A stretch of DNA of 64,000 nucleotides, from NCBI GenBank assembly GCA_044344255.1, contig JBIJDH010000004.1, forward strand, positions 32,001 through 96,000. The letters are read 5' to 3'. Positions 28,882 through 38,448 of the stretch are shown in pieces. Every line of letters begins with the position of its first letter. Positions within the stretch are counted from its first letter, which is position 1. A program made the translations under genes and the position numbers. The notes beneath the pieces are model-generated. The model ran no database searches. It had not been told where the DNA came from and saw only the letters and a list, made by a program, of their open reading frames with translations. Origin of the DNA: Myxococcota bacterium. Its GTDB lineage: Bacteria > Myxococcota_A > UBA796 > UBA2385.

Positions 28882-30278
28882 GCCTCTCCATCGGGCTCGA
28901 TCGGCTCGGCGGTTGGATCGACCAGCCGGCGCTCATCAAGCGCCGTGGCCGCGTCGTGCAGGTGATCGGGGGCGTGATCGAGGCCGACCTCCCAGGAGTG
29001 GCGGTGGGCGAGCTGACGCTCATCGGGCGTACACAAGCGGAGGTCATCGGCTTTCGAGAGCAGCGTGCGCTGCTGATGCCGCTCGGCTCGATGGAGGGCG
29101 TGGCCCACGGCACCGCGGTGGACGTGCAGAGCCGCCTGCTCCAGGTGCCGGTCGGCCCGGGGCTCCTCGGCCGCGTGGTGGATCCCCTCGGCCAGCCCCT
29201 CGACGGGCGCCCCCTGTCGAACGTCCCTCTGCGCCGTGGCCTCGACGGTCGCGCCCCCGATCCGATGCTCCGATCGCTCATTGAGCGCCCGCTGCTCACC
29301 GGGCTGCGGGTGATCGACGGCATGCTCACCCTCGGAGAGGGGCAGCGGATGTGCGTCCTCGCCGGCTCGGGCGTGGGAAAGTCGACCCTGATGGGGATGT
29401 TTGCCCGGAACAGCCAGGCCGAGGTGAACGTCGTCGCCCTCATCGGCGAGCGTGGGCGGGAGGTGCGGGAATTCCTGGAGCGGGATCTCGGGCCAGAGGG
29501 CCTCTCCCGCTCGGTCGTGGTGGTGGCCACCAGCGACTCCTCGCCGGTGTTGCAGGTCAAGACGCTCTTCTCCGCGCTGGCGATCGCCGAGCACTTCCGC
29601 GACGAGGGGCGGAAGGTGCTGCTGATGGTCGACAGCCTGACCCGCCTCGCGATGGCCCAGCGGCAGATCGGCCTCTCCGCGGGCGAGCCGCCGACCACCC
29701 GAGGCTACACGCCGAGCGTCTTCACGCTGATGCCTCGCCTGCTCGAGCGGGCCGGGCCGGGCGCGGGAAAGGGCAGCATCACGGGGATCTTCACCGTGCT
29801 GGTGGAGGGCGAAGACATGGACGACCCCGTCGCCGACACGGTGCGCGGTATCGTCGACGGGCACATCGTCCTGTCCAGAAAGCTGGCTAGTCATGGGCAT
29901 TATCCGCCGATTGACGTGCTCCCGAGCGTGAGCCGGACCATGCCCTCGACGGTCGGGGCCGACCAGATGGCCTGGGCCTCTCGCATTCGTGCCCTGATGG
30001 CCACGTACCGGGAGAACGAGGAGCTCATCCGGCTGGCGGCCTACAAGCGGGGCTCGGACGGGGAGGTGGACGCGGCCATCGACGCCAACGGAAAGATCAA
30101 CGCGTTCCTGCGTCAAGCGGTCGCCGAGAGCTGCGAGCTACCGGTCACGCTGCGGATGATGGAGGAGATCGCGGTGGGCGCGAGCCGCGGCGGCCCAGCG
30201 CCGGGCGCAGGAGCCGGCCGACCGGCCCCCCCCGTAAAAGGCGTGCGCCGCGCGACTCCGGACGTGCGGAAGACGTAG
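28878..30278 (+). CDS. fliI: Flagellar export ATPase FliI
   Basis: AGSGVGKS, LIGERGREV, DSLTRLAMAQR, GEPPTTRGY, DGHIVLSR. Confidence 0.97.
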   Translation: MSLSIGLDRLGGWIDQPALIKRRGRVVQVIGGVIEADLPGVAVGELTLIGRTQAEVIGFREQRALLMPLGSMEGVAHGTAVDVQSRLLQVPVGPGLLGRVVDPLGQPLDGRPLSNVPLRRGLDGRAPDPMLRSLIERPLLTGLRVIDGMLTLGEGQRMCVLAGSGVGKSTLMGMFARNSQAEVNVVALIGERGREVREFLERDLGPEGLSRSVVVVATSDSSPVLQVKTLFSALAIAEHFRDEGRKVLLMVDSLTRLAMAQRQIGLSAGEPPTTRGYTPSVFTLMPRLLERAGPGAGKGSITGIFTVLVEGEDMDDPVADTVRGIVDGHIVLSRKLASHGHYPPIDVLPSVSRTMPSTVGADQMAWASRIRALMATYRENEELIRLAAYKRGSDGEVDAAIDANGKINAFLRQAVAESCELPVTLRMMEEIAVGASRGGPAPGAGAGRPAPPVKGVRRATPDVRKT

Positions 30279-30354
30279 TTTCGTGTGAGAATGGCCACGC
30301 TCTGAGGGGACCTGCTCCGCGCGGTTCCTGCGGTCGAGAGCGCCAAGGGAGGTT

Positions 30355-30780
30355 TTGTTGAGCGAGGTCATGTCGACGCTCTCGCGCGTCCGTGAGATCC
30401 AAAAGAAGGTCTCGAAGCAGGCCTTTGCCTCGGCGGAGCGGTCACGGATCCTCCAAGAGGAGGCGGTAGACCAGCTCCAGGGGCACATCCTCCGCTCCCA
30501 CTCGGCCACCCCGAAGCCCGAGGCGTGGATGGTGGGCTGCGAGCACCGCTTCCGCGGGAAGCTGCGAGGGGATCTTGTGACGGAGCAGTCGGAGCTCCAT
30601 AGCCGCACGGAGGTGGTCGCCCAGCGCCGCTCCGAGCTGCAGGAGGCCAGCCGAGAGGCCCGCGTGGTCGAGCTCGCGATGGAGGCCCACCAGGAGATGG
30701 AGACGCTGTTCGAGCGAAGGGCCGACAACAAGCGGATCGATGACATGGCGGCGGTGCGTTGGTGGAGGGCCCAGGCATGA
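30355..30780 (+). CDS. fliJ: FliJ
   Basis: About 140 aa coiled coil after fliI, with L..VRE..K near the N-terminus and K.IDDMA near the C-terminus. Confidence 0.75.
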   Translation: MLSEVMSTLSRVREIQKKVSKQAFASAERSRILQEEAVDQLQGHILRSHSATPKPEAWMVGCEHRFRGKLRGDLVTEQSELHSRTEVVAQRRSELQEASREARVVELAMEAHQEMETLFERRADNKRIDDMAAVRWWRAQA

Positions 30781-31331
30781 CGACGCGCTCGCGCTGGTCC
30801 GTCCTCGGGTTGATGCTGGGGGCCGCGGTGGGCCTCGGGGTCTCCTCGGTGGGCGCTCAGGAGGCCGCGTTCGGCCAGAGCGCCGAAGACGCCGTTCGGC
30901 CGTCCCCCGAAGCCGGCCGAGAGCAGGTCATGGCGCTGCTCGTCCGCAAGGAGAGCGATCTCGACCGGCGGGAGGCCACCCTCCTCGCCCGTGAGCAAGA
31001 CCTTCGAGCCGCGGAGGAGCAGGTCGGAAAGCGCCTCTCCGAGCTGCAGACCCTCCGGGATGACATCCGGGGCATGCTCACTGGCCTGGATGAGGAGCGC
31101 ACCGCGCGGGTGATGGGCCTCGTGAAGATGTTCGAGAGCATGCGGGCCGCGCAGGCCGCGGCGATCCTCGAGAAGACCGACGCCGACATCGCGCTCGCCG
31201 TGCTCTCGCGGATGAACAAGGGCAAGGCCGGCAAGGCGCTGGCGGCGATGACACCGGAGAAGGCTGCCTACTTCGCGGAGCGCCTGGGCGGGCCGGCCCT
31301 CTCCAGCGCCAAGCGCGCGGCGCCCCCGTGA
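30777..31331 (+). CDS. MotE/YlxF/FlbB-like protein (coiled coil plus MgtE-N domain)
   Basis: Hydrophobic N-terminus, coiled coil, then LVKMFESM..AAAILE..MNKGKAGKALAAMTPEKAA. Confidence 0.8.
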   Translation: MTTRSRWSVLGLMLGAAVGLGVSSVGAQEAAFGQSAEDAVRPSPEAGREQVMALLVRKESDLDRREATLLAREQDLRAAEEQVGKRLSELQTLRDDIRGMLTGLDEERTARVMGLVKMFESMRAAQAAAILEKTDADIALAVLSRMNKGKAGKALAAMTPEKAAYFAERLGGPALSSAKRAAPP

Positions 31332-33988
31332 TCGGCCTCGTGCTGTCGCAGGCGGTCGGGGTCCGGTTGGATCAGCCGCGCCCCTCCGTTATCGGCGCTC
31401 CTCTCGGCTTTGAAGGAGCGCTGGCCGAGGCGGTGCAGGGGGAGAGCTCCTCTCCCTCCGCCGCCCCCCTTGCGGGGGGGGCCGAAGGAGAGAGCCCGGT
31501 GGCGGGGAGCGGGAGCCGTGAGGGCCGGCCCCCCGCCGCGAGGACCAAGGGGCCGAGGTCTCCCCTCGAAACTGGAGGCGCCTCGCTCCCGCCGCCGACC
31601 TTCGCGCAGCTGCTGGCGGCTCAGGGCCACCTCGAGCCGCTCGAGCTGGAGCGTGTCGGCGGGGCGCGCTTCGAACGGGGGCCCGCGCCTCAGGGGGCCT
31701 TCGAGGCCCTCCTGGAGGGGGCGGACGGCGAGGCGCCCCCCGGCCCGTTCGCCGTCGATGGGCCTGCGATCGTCGTCGGCGTGGGCCTGGGAGCGGGACC
31801 GATGCTCGCCGGGCCTCCGCCTCTCGGCGCCGAGCGTGAGCGCTCGCCGGTCACTTCGGGGCGCCTCCGCGTCCCCGCCCGTGGAATGGACGCCGCGGCG
31901 GGGAGGGCCACGACGGATGGGCTCGGCGTCGAGGCCGCTCCGCAGGCGACGGTGGCCGCCCGGTTGGACTCGCCGCGCTCGATCCCGTGGGCGGCCCAGT
32001 TGTCCGACACGACGCGGTTGGTCGAGGCCGCTGAGGCCGTAGAGCTCAACCCGTCGCGCCCCGAGGCGGTGGTCGCGGATGCGCGAGGCGACGAGGGCCC
32101 ATCGCTCCGCGCCGAGGCCCCGCCGCGTCTGGCCGGCGGACTTGCGATGCCGCCCCAGGCACCGTCTCTCACCCCTTCTCTGTCGCCGTCTCCAGTGGTC
32201 TCGGCGCCTCCGGTGGTCTCGGCGCCTCCGGTGGTCTCGGCGCCTCCGGTGATCGCGGCGCCTCCGGTGGTCTCGGCGTCTCCGGTGGTTTCGGCGTCTC
32301 CGACTCGTTCGCCGTCTCCTGCGGTACCGGCGCCTCCGGTGGTCTCGGCGCCTCCGGTGGTCTCGGTGACTCCTGCGGTCTCGGTGACTCCGGTGATCGC
32401 GGCGCCTCCGGTGATCGCGGCGCCTCCGGTGATCGCGGCGCCTCCGGTGGTCTCGGCGCCGCCGGTGGTCTCGGTGACTCCGGTGGTCTCGGCGGCTCCG
32501 GTGGTCTCGGCGGCTCCGGTGGTCTCGGCGCCGCCGGTGGTCTCGGCGACTCCGGTGGTTTCGCCATCTTCGGGTCTGTTGCCGCCTCCGGTGGTTTCGC
32601 TGAATGCGGTCGTGTCGCCGTCTGCGGGTCTGTCGCCGTCCCAAGTGGTCTCGGGGCCTCTGGTGGTTTCGCCGTCTCCGACGCTTTCGCCGTCTCCCTC
32701 TTTGTCTGCAACCCCAGGCGGCTCAACCTTGGCAGCGGCGGCGCGGCCCGTGATCGCTCCCTCGCTCGCTGTGGGCGGCGCGGCCGGACTCGAGGTCCTA
32801 TCCCTTCACCTCCGTTCGGGCGCTCCGGCGATGGTCGCGCTCGGCCGCGCCGCGGGGGGGCCGGGTCGCGCCGGTCCCGAGGCCGACGGAGTCACGCTCT
32901 CGCCGATCTTACGACGGGCCCAATTGACCGCAAGAGAGCCGGTGGCTGGGCGGCTCGAGCGCCCGGTGGCGTCCGCAGACCGGCCGGTCCGCGGGGCTCC
33001 GATCGGCTTGCGCGCGGGGCCCTCGGCGCCGGTGAACGCGCCCCCGGTGAGCCCGCTGCCCCTCGACGGGGTGCCCTCTTCGTCCGGGCCGCCGCCCGCG
33101 CAGAGTGTGCCGGAGACGGCCTTCGTGACTCAGTCCAATCGCCTCGCGGGCGCGGTCGCGGCGCACCTTGGGGCGAACCCCGGCGTCCAGCGGCCCTCGA
33201 CCCCAGGCGCTGCGCCAGACAGGGAGCTGGCCGAAGGGACGGGAGAGGAGCGAGCGGTGACCGGAGAGCCCCGCCTCCTGCCGCGGGGGGCCTTCAGCCC
33301 CCGCCGCATCGCCACGCCGCTCGCCGCGGCGCTCCGCGAACTGCCGGCGCGCCTGGCTAATTCGCTCCTTCGACCCTCCGCTCTCGGGAGTGGCTCTCCG
33401 GCCCAGCGGGCCGAGGCGCCTGCGGAGGGCTCCCTCACAGAGCGGGAAGGCGACGCCGGCCGGCCGGCCGCCGTCGAAGGGGGGCTCGGCACGCTCGACC
33501 GCGGTCAGGCAGATCCGCCTGTCGCGGGCGTGGTCGCCACCGCCCCCCCGGTCGAACCCGTGGAGGGGGCCGCGGAGGCCCCCCGCGCCCGCGAGGCGTC
33601 CCACGACTCGCTCGACACGCCCCCGCCGCCGGTCGACGACGACCGCCTCTCCTCCCCGGCATTGTCCCGGCTCCAAGAGGTGGAGCTGCGCCTCCGAGAC
33701 ACCGAGGGCGACATCCGGGTGGCCGTCCGTCGACAAGGTGAGGGCCTTGGTGTCCACCTCCAGGCCCCGCGCAGCCTCGTGCCCGAGCTCCGTGAGCTCC
33801 GCGCGGAGGTGGGGGCGGAGCTGGCCCAGGATGGGCACCAGCTCGACTCCTACGACGCCACGCCCGATCCCGACGAGGGTGCGCCGGACCCCGAGGGCGC
33901 CCCGCGGCCCGGCCAGGGCGAGGCTCCTTCCGCTCCGGCCGCCACTCCCAGCCGGGGTCGCGGTCAGGTCATCAACCGCGTGGTCTGA
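31328..33988 (+). CDS. fliK: Hook-length control protein FliK (886 aa)
   Basis: Pro/Ala-rich, low-complexity protein immediately upstream of flgD. C-terminal T3S4-like segment (VELRL..GDIRVAV..LGVHL..LRAEVGAEL) and terminal INRVV. Confidence 0.75.
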   Translation: MIGLVLSQAVGVRLDQPRPSVIGAPLGFEGALAEAVQGESSSPSAAPLAGGAEGESPVAGSGSREGRPPAARTKGPRSPLETGGASLPPPTFAQLLAAQGHLEPLELERVGGARFERGPAPQGAFEALLEGADGEAPPGPFAVDGPAIVVGVGLGAGPMLAGPPPLGAERERSPVTSGRLRVPARGMDAAAGRATTDGLGVEAAPQATVAARLDSPRSIPWAAQLSDTTRLVEAAEAVELNPSRPEAVVADARGDEGPSLRAEAPPRLAGGLAMPPQAPSLTPSLSPSPVVSAPPVVSAPPVVSAPPVIAAPPVVSASPVVSASPTRSPSPAVPAPPVVSAPPVVSVTPAVSVTPVIAAPPVIAAPPVIAAPPVVSAPPVVSVTPVVSAAPVVSAAPVVSAPPVVSATPVVSPSSGLLPPPVVSLNAVVSPSAGLSPSQVVSGPLVVSPSPTLSPSPSLSATPGGSTLAAAARPVIAPSLAVGGAAGLEVLSLHLRSGAPAMVALGRAAGGPGRAGPEADGVTLSPILRRAQLTAREPVAGRLERPVASADRPVRGAPIGLRAGPSAPVNAPPVSPLPLDGVPSSSGPPPAQSVPETAFVTQSNRLAGAVAAHLGANPGVQRPSTPGAAPDRELAEGTGEERAVTGEPRLLPRGAFSPRRIATPLAAALRELPARLANSLLRPSALGSGSPAQRAEAPAEGSLTEREGDAGRPAAVEGGLGTLDRGQADPPVAGVVATAPPVEPVEGAAEAPRAREASHDSLDTPPPPVDDDRLSSPALSRLQEVELRLRDTEGDIRVAVRRQGEGLGVHLQAPRSLVPELRELRAEVGAELAQDGHQLDSYDATPDPDEGAPDPEGAPRPGQGEAPSAPAATPSRGRGQVINRVV
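32192..32713 (+). repeat. 18-bp coding tandem repeat (CCGGTGGTCTCGGCGCCT; PVVSAP) inside fliK
   Basis: About 21 mostly well-conserved units (32192-32569) and about 8 degenerate units, all in frame. Confidence 0.92.
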
Positions 33989-34027
33989 GCCCTCCCACGC
34001 AGCCCCCTTCCTCCCGCCCCTCTCCCG

Positions 34028-34699
34028 GTGGTCCCCTTGTCCACGTCTATCCAAGGTGTCTCCAGCTCCACCGACATCTCGACCTCCACGGTCGAGGCGG
34101 CGAGCGACGAGCTCGACAAGAACTCCTTCTTGACGCTGCTGGTCACCCAGCTCCAGTACCAGGATCCGCTCAATCCGCAGGACAACCAGGAGTTTGTGGC
34201 TCAGCTCGCCACCTTCTCGCAGCTCGAGCAGTCTCAGAGCATGAATGACTCGCTGTCGGCGGTCTACCTCGCGATCTCGTCGATGAACAACGCGTCGATG
34301 ACCCAGCTGCTCGGCCAGCAGATCGTGGCCAAGGGCGACACCTTCCACTACGCCTCCGGCGATGAGGAGCTGCACTACGACGCGGCCTCCGCCGTCCAGA
34401 ACGCGACGCTGACCATCACCAACGCCGATGGGAGCGTGGTCTACACCGAGGAGCTCGGCGGCCTCGACGAGGGGGAGGGCTCCTACACCTGGGATGGCTC
34501 GACCATCTCCGGCATCGCCGAAGAGGGTGACTACACCTTCACGATCACCGGGACAGACACGGCCGGCGACGACGTGGAGATCACGGCCCTCATCGCGGGC
34601 GTCATCGATGGCATGTCCTTCGAGGAGGGCACCCCCACGCCCTCCATCGAGGGGATCGACCTCTCGCTCGGGGACATCATCCGCGTGGAGACCCCGTGA
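34028..34699 (+). CDS. flgD: Hook cap FlgD
   Basis: FLTLLVTQLQYQDPLNP..AQLATFSQLEQ and YTWDG. Confidence 0.95.
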   Translation: MVPLSTSIQGVSSSTDISTSTVEAASDELDKNSFLTLLVTQLQYQDPLNPQDNQEFVAQLATFSQLEQSQSMNDSLSAVYLAISSMNNASMTQLLGQQIVAKGDTFHYASGDEELHYDAASAVQNATLTITNADGSVVYTEELGGLDEGEGSYTWDGSTISGIAEEGDYTFTITGTDTAGDDVEITALIAGVIDGMSFEEGTPTPSIEGIDLSLGDIIRVETP

Positions 34700-34753
34700 G
34701 CGCGCCGTTCGGGCCTAGCGGGTTGAAGTTGCGGTTCGCTGGGGCCAAACCCT

Positions 34754-34782
34754 TTGAACCCTTCCTCCCACTAGAGTAGAGT
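34754..34782 (+). promoter_or_regulatory. Internal sigma70-type promoter, probably giving a leaderless TIGR02530-flgE mRNA
   Basis: TTGAAC-N17-TAGAGT ending 8 nt before ATG 34791, with no Shine-Dalgarno. Confidence 0.55.
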
Positions 34783-34790
34783 GCCGCGCC

Positions 34791-35195
34791 ATGCGTGTCC
34801 TTCCCCCCCCCAACAACGTCGCCGGTTCCGCTCCCGCGGGTCCGCTCGTGTTGGGCAGCCGGCTGGACCCTGCGGCGGGGGCCTCCTTTGCCGCCTTCTT
34901 GGAGAACGCGACCGCCGCAGACGTGGAGCCGCCCGTCACCGACGTCAGCTTCTCTCGGCACGCGATCTCCCGGTTGCAGAGCCGAAACATTCAGATTTCG
35001 CCCACGGAGCTCGCCGAGCTCTCTCATGCCATCGATCGCCTAAGCGCGAGGGGGGCGCGGGAGAGCCTGCTGATCCACGGCGACAACGCCTTCGTGGTGG
35101 GGGTGCAGAAGCGCACCGTCATCACAGCCCTCACCCGCCAAGAGGCGGTTGGGAGCATCTTTACCAACATCGACTCTACGCTCGTCGTCCGCTGA
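34791..35195 (+). CDS. TIGR02530-family flagellar operon protein
   Basis: FSRHAISRLQSRNI..GARESLL..AFVV..RTVITAL..IFTNIDS, located between flgD and flgE. Confidence 0.85.
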   Translation: MRVLPPPNNVAGSAPAGPLVLGSRLDPAAGASFAAFLENATAADVEPPVTDVSFSRHAISRLQSRNIQISPTELAELSHAIDRLSARGARESLLIHGDNAFVVGVQKRTVITALTRQEAVGSIFTNIDSTLVVR

Positions 35196-35338
35196 CTACC
35201 CTGAGCGGGCAGCGGGCGGGTGTGCCGGGGTAGCCCAGGTGCCCCCAAACAGGCCGGACCGAGGGAGCGATCCCCTGGGGGCCTGCGGAGGACGTCCGAA
35301 TGACGGCCTCCACCCCCGCGCGATGAGCGTCGCGCGGG
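35196..35338 (+). ncRNA. Candidate structured cis-RNA element upstream of flgE
   Basis: Four consecutive hairpins, one capped by a GCGA tetraloop (see findings). Confidence 0.45.
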
Positions 35339-35381
35339 CCCCGCAAACTGTCCCCCTTCGCCCAACCTTCCCGGAGACCAG

Positions 35382-36725
35382 ATGTCCCTCTTCAGCACGA
35401 TGAACACCGCCGCTTCCGGCCTCGGCGTCGCCAGCTCCAACCTCGGCGTGATCGGCGACAACATCGCCAACATCGGCACGACCGCCTTCAAGAAGAACCG
35501 GGCGGAGTTCGCTGACTTCCTCCCGCAGAACGTGGTCGGCCTCGCGGGCCCCGCCCAGCTCGGCATCGGCGCGGCGACGAACACCATCGCCACGATCTTC
35601 GCCCAGGGCTCGATCGCCACCAGCGAGAACGCCCTTGACCTCGCCATCAACGGCGACGGCTTCTTTGTCGTGAGCGATCAGGTCTCCGACTTCTACACCC
35701 GAGCTGGCGCCTTCGCCCTCGACGACGCGGGCTTCGTGGTCAACGCCCAGGGCATGCGCCTCCAGGGCTACAATTCCGACCAGGGCACGCTCGGCAAGTC
35801 CCTGGGTGACCTCGTGGTCGACCTCGACCCCATCGCGCCGAACGCGACGACGGAGGTCGACCTCACCGCGATCCTCTCCGCCGAGGCCGACTACACCACC
35901 ACCCCGATCGCCACCGGCCTCGGCGCCGGCACCATCCTCTTCGACGGCTCCGCCGCCGGCACCACCCTCGAAGACGCCGCCGATACGTCCGACTTCGCCA
36001 CCTCGGTGACGATGTATGACTCTCTTGGGGTCCCCCACGAGGTCACGGTCCTCTACGAGCGCAGCGACGTGGACACCTGGACCTGGTACGCCGTGGTCGA
36101 CGCGGGTGAGGTCGACGATGGCACCGGCGTCCCCTTGACCGATGGCACGGCCTACCAGATCGCCTCTGGCGTCGCCAACTTCGACACCGCCGGCGACCTC
36201 GTGGACAACACCCAGACTGACGTGGTCGGCTGGACCTTCTACGGCGCCGCGGCTTCGGCCCCGGTCTTCGCTTTCGGTCGGGATGCGCTGGGCGTGGCCA
36301 CCGAGGGTCGCGTCCGCATGATCTCGGGTGACTCCGCCGTCTCGGCGGTCTTCCAGGACGGCTACGCCCCCGGCGACCTCACCACCATGTCGGTCGACCC
36401 CGAAGGTGTGATCACCGGCGTGTACTCCAACGGCCAGGACATCATCCTCGGCCAGGTCGCCCTCGCGCGCTTCCCGGCGAATGAGGGCCTCGACCGGGTG
36501 GGCAGCACGCTCTTCCGGGAGACGGTGGCTTCGGGTCAGCCCGCGATCGGCGTCGCCGACACTGGCGGCCGCGGCATGATCATCGGCAACGCGCTCGAGA
36601 AGAGCAACGTCGACCTCGAGGACGAGTTCGTCTCGATGATCACCTCTCAGCGTGGCTACCAGGCCAACTCGCGGGTGATCAGCACGGCCAACGACACCCT
36701 CGATGAGCTCGTGCGCATCGTCTGA
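35382..36725 (+). CDS. flgE: Hook protein FlgE
   Basis: VIGDNIANIGTTAFK, DLAINGDGFF, YTRAGAF, YDSLG, QDGY, LEKSNVDLEDEF..QRGYQANSR. Confidence 0.96.
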   Translation: MSLFSTMNTAASGLGVASSNLGVIGDNIANIGTTAFKKNRAEFADFLPQNVVGLAGPAQLGIGAATNTIATIFAQGSIATSENALDLAINGDGFFVVSDQVSDFYTRAGAFALDDAGFVVNAQGMRLQGYNSDQGTLGKSLGDLVVDLDPIAPNATTEVDLTAILSAEADYTTTPIATGLGAGTILFDGSAAGTTLEDAADTSDFATSVTMYDSLGVPHEVTVLYERSDVDTWTWYAVVDAGEVDDGTGVPLTDGTAYQIASGVANFDTAGDLVDNTQTDVVGWTFYGAAASAPVFAFGRDALGVATEGRVRMISGDSAVSAVFQDGYAPGDLTTMSVDPEGVITGVYSNGQDIILGQVALARFPANEGLDRVGSTLFRETVASGQPAIGVADTGGRGMIIGNALEKSNVDLEDEFVSMITSQRGYQANSRVISTANDTLDELVRIV

Positions 36726-36869
36726 TCGGCCGCCTCGGCCTGCCTCGGCTCACCGTTGGGCCGGGCAGGCGACCTCAAGGGCCCGCCCGAGGTGCAGCAG
36801 CGGGGCTTGGGCGGGTGTACCTCGAGTGGCTTGTCGGGTGGGTGGTTCGGGACGATTGGGGGTGCGGAG

Positions 36870-37484
36870 ATGGCGGAAGAAGTGGGCGCGAAAGAGGAAG
36901 GCGATGGGAAGAAGCGAGCTTCTGTCCTTGTGATCGTCGGTGTTGCCTTCGGAATGCTCCTCGTTGGGCTGGGCGGCGGGTACTTCGTCGCCAAGCTCGT
37001 CGGCGGGGGGGCGAAGGCGCCTGCCGGTGAAGAGGGCGCCGAGGGTGAAGCGGCGGACGCCTCCGGCGAAGCCGCCGCCGAAGGCGGAGAGGAGCACGCC
37101 GCCGCCGCCTCCGAGGGCGGCCACGGGGGAGAGGAGAAGTCTGAGGGTGGGCACGAGGGTGCGGAGAAGGCCGCTCACAAGACGGGCCCTCAGGTGGTGG
37201 GGCTCGGCAGCTTCACGGTCAACCTGCGCGACAGCGCGGGCTCCCGGCTCTTGCTGATGGAGATCGCCCTGGAGTGTGCGCCCTCGGCGGCGCTCAAGGT
37301 GGAGGCGCGGGACGCACAGATCTCGGACACGGTCAACCTGCTCGCGGCGGACTACACCTTCCTGGAGCTGGACGGGCTGGACGGCCGAATGCGCCTCAAG
37401 GATGAGCTGCTGCGGCGGATCAACGCGGTGCTCTCGCCGGACAAGTGCGATCGACTCTACTTCACCTCCTTCGTCGTTCAGTGA
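36870..37484 (+). CDS. fliL: FliL
   Basis: One TM segment, a Glu/Gly/His-rich linker, FTVNL, LKDELLRRIN and terminal LYFTSFVVQ. Confidence 0.92.
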   Translation: MAEEVGAKEEGDGKKRASVLVIVGVAFGMLLVGLGGGYFVAKLVGGGAKAPAGEEGAEGEAADASGEAAAEGGEEHAAAASEGGHGGEEKSEGGHEGAEKAAHKTGPQVVGLGSFTVNLRDSAGSRLLLMEIALECAPSAALKVEARDAQISDTVNLLAADYTFLELDGLDGRMRLKDELLRRINAVLSPDKCDRLYFTSFVVQ

Positions 37485-37578
37485 GGAGAGCCTCCGCTGT
37501 GCGCTTCACTCATGCCAAGACCGATAGGCCGCCTTCCGCGGCTCGTCGGGCGGAAAGACCAGTTAGGGGCCGGCGCGG

Positions 37579-38448
37579 ATGACACAGCCTTCTCCCACGC
37601 GGTCCCTCCTCGTCCACGCTCGGGGGGCGGACACCGCCCTGCCCGGGGTGGAAGTCTTCATGCGGAATTTCAGCCAGCGGCTGAGATCCCGCATGGTCAG
37701 CCGTTGTTCGAAGGACTTCCAGGTCCGGCTGACGGGCATCACGGGGCGGAGGATCGGCGACACCCTCAAGGATGAGGTCTGGAAGGACTCCGGCGTCTTC
37801 GGGTTGCTGCGCCTGGACTCAGTCGGCCTCGCGGGCTTGGTGGCCATCCAGGTCTCGGTCCTCACGCGGATCATCCTCGCGATGACCGGCGATGACGAGG
37901 CAGCGGATGCCCCTCGCGGTGGCCCTCGGAGCATGAGCCCGGTCGAGCTCCGCATCGCCACGCGGACCATGCAGGACATCTGCCGTGATCTGACCGCGAC
38001 CTGGCCGCTTCGTCCGGCCGTGGAGGTCGACCTGGAGGGATCCCCCGGAGGTCCGCGCGTGATCGATCCGCGCAGCGCCACCGAGGAGGTCTTTTGGGCC
38101 ACCATGGAGCTCGGGCCGGTGGAGAGCCCATTCGGCCTCCTCTGTGTCGGTGTGCCCACGCAGGCCCTCCGCGGCCTCGGCGCGGCGGGGGGCCCCGCTC
38201 GGCGAGAGGCTCGAAAGCCCGGCGACTTCAGTCGGGTGATGCCGGTGGAGGTGGAGGTGGTGGCCGAGATGGCCCGCCTGCCGATGCGGGTGCGCGACCT
38301 CCGCGCGCTCTCGATCGGAGACCTCGTCCCGCTCGGCGCTTTGGACGGAGCGTTGCTCCGTGTCAACGGGCGTGAGGTGCTGGTCGGCGAGCCCGGTCAC
38401 GCAAACGGACAGCGCTCCGTGCGGGTCATAAGAAAGCTCGCCCGCTGA
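37579..38448 (+). CDS. fliM: Divergent FliM (C-ring)
   Basis: Lies between fliL and fliN. CheC-like middle region (RSMSPVELRI) and a C-terminal SpoA domain (LSIGDLVPL..G..GQRSVRV). Confidence 0.75.
   Translation: MTQPSPTRSLLVHARGADTALPGVEVFMRNFSQRLRSRMVSRCSKDFQVRLTGITGRRIGDTLKDEVWKDSGVFGLLRLDSVGLAGLVAIQVSVLTRIILAMTGDDEAADAPRGGPRSMSPVELRIATRTMQDICRDLTATWPLRPAVEVDLEGSPGGPRVIDPRSATEEVFWATMELGPVESPFGLLCVGVPTQALRGLGAAGGPARREARKPGDFSRVMPVEVEVVAEMARLPMRVRDLRALSIGDLVPLGALDGALLRVNGREVLVGEPGHANGQRSVRVIRKLAR

Noticed and set aside
31268..32726. Minus-strand RRRDHR and PPEAPR repeat ORFs, and a possible CRISPR array
   Set aside because: These are other reading frames of the fliK 18-bp tandem repeat. 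The units are contiguous with no unique spacers, and there are no cas genes.
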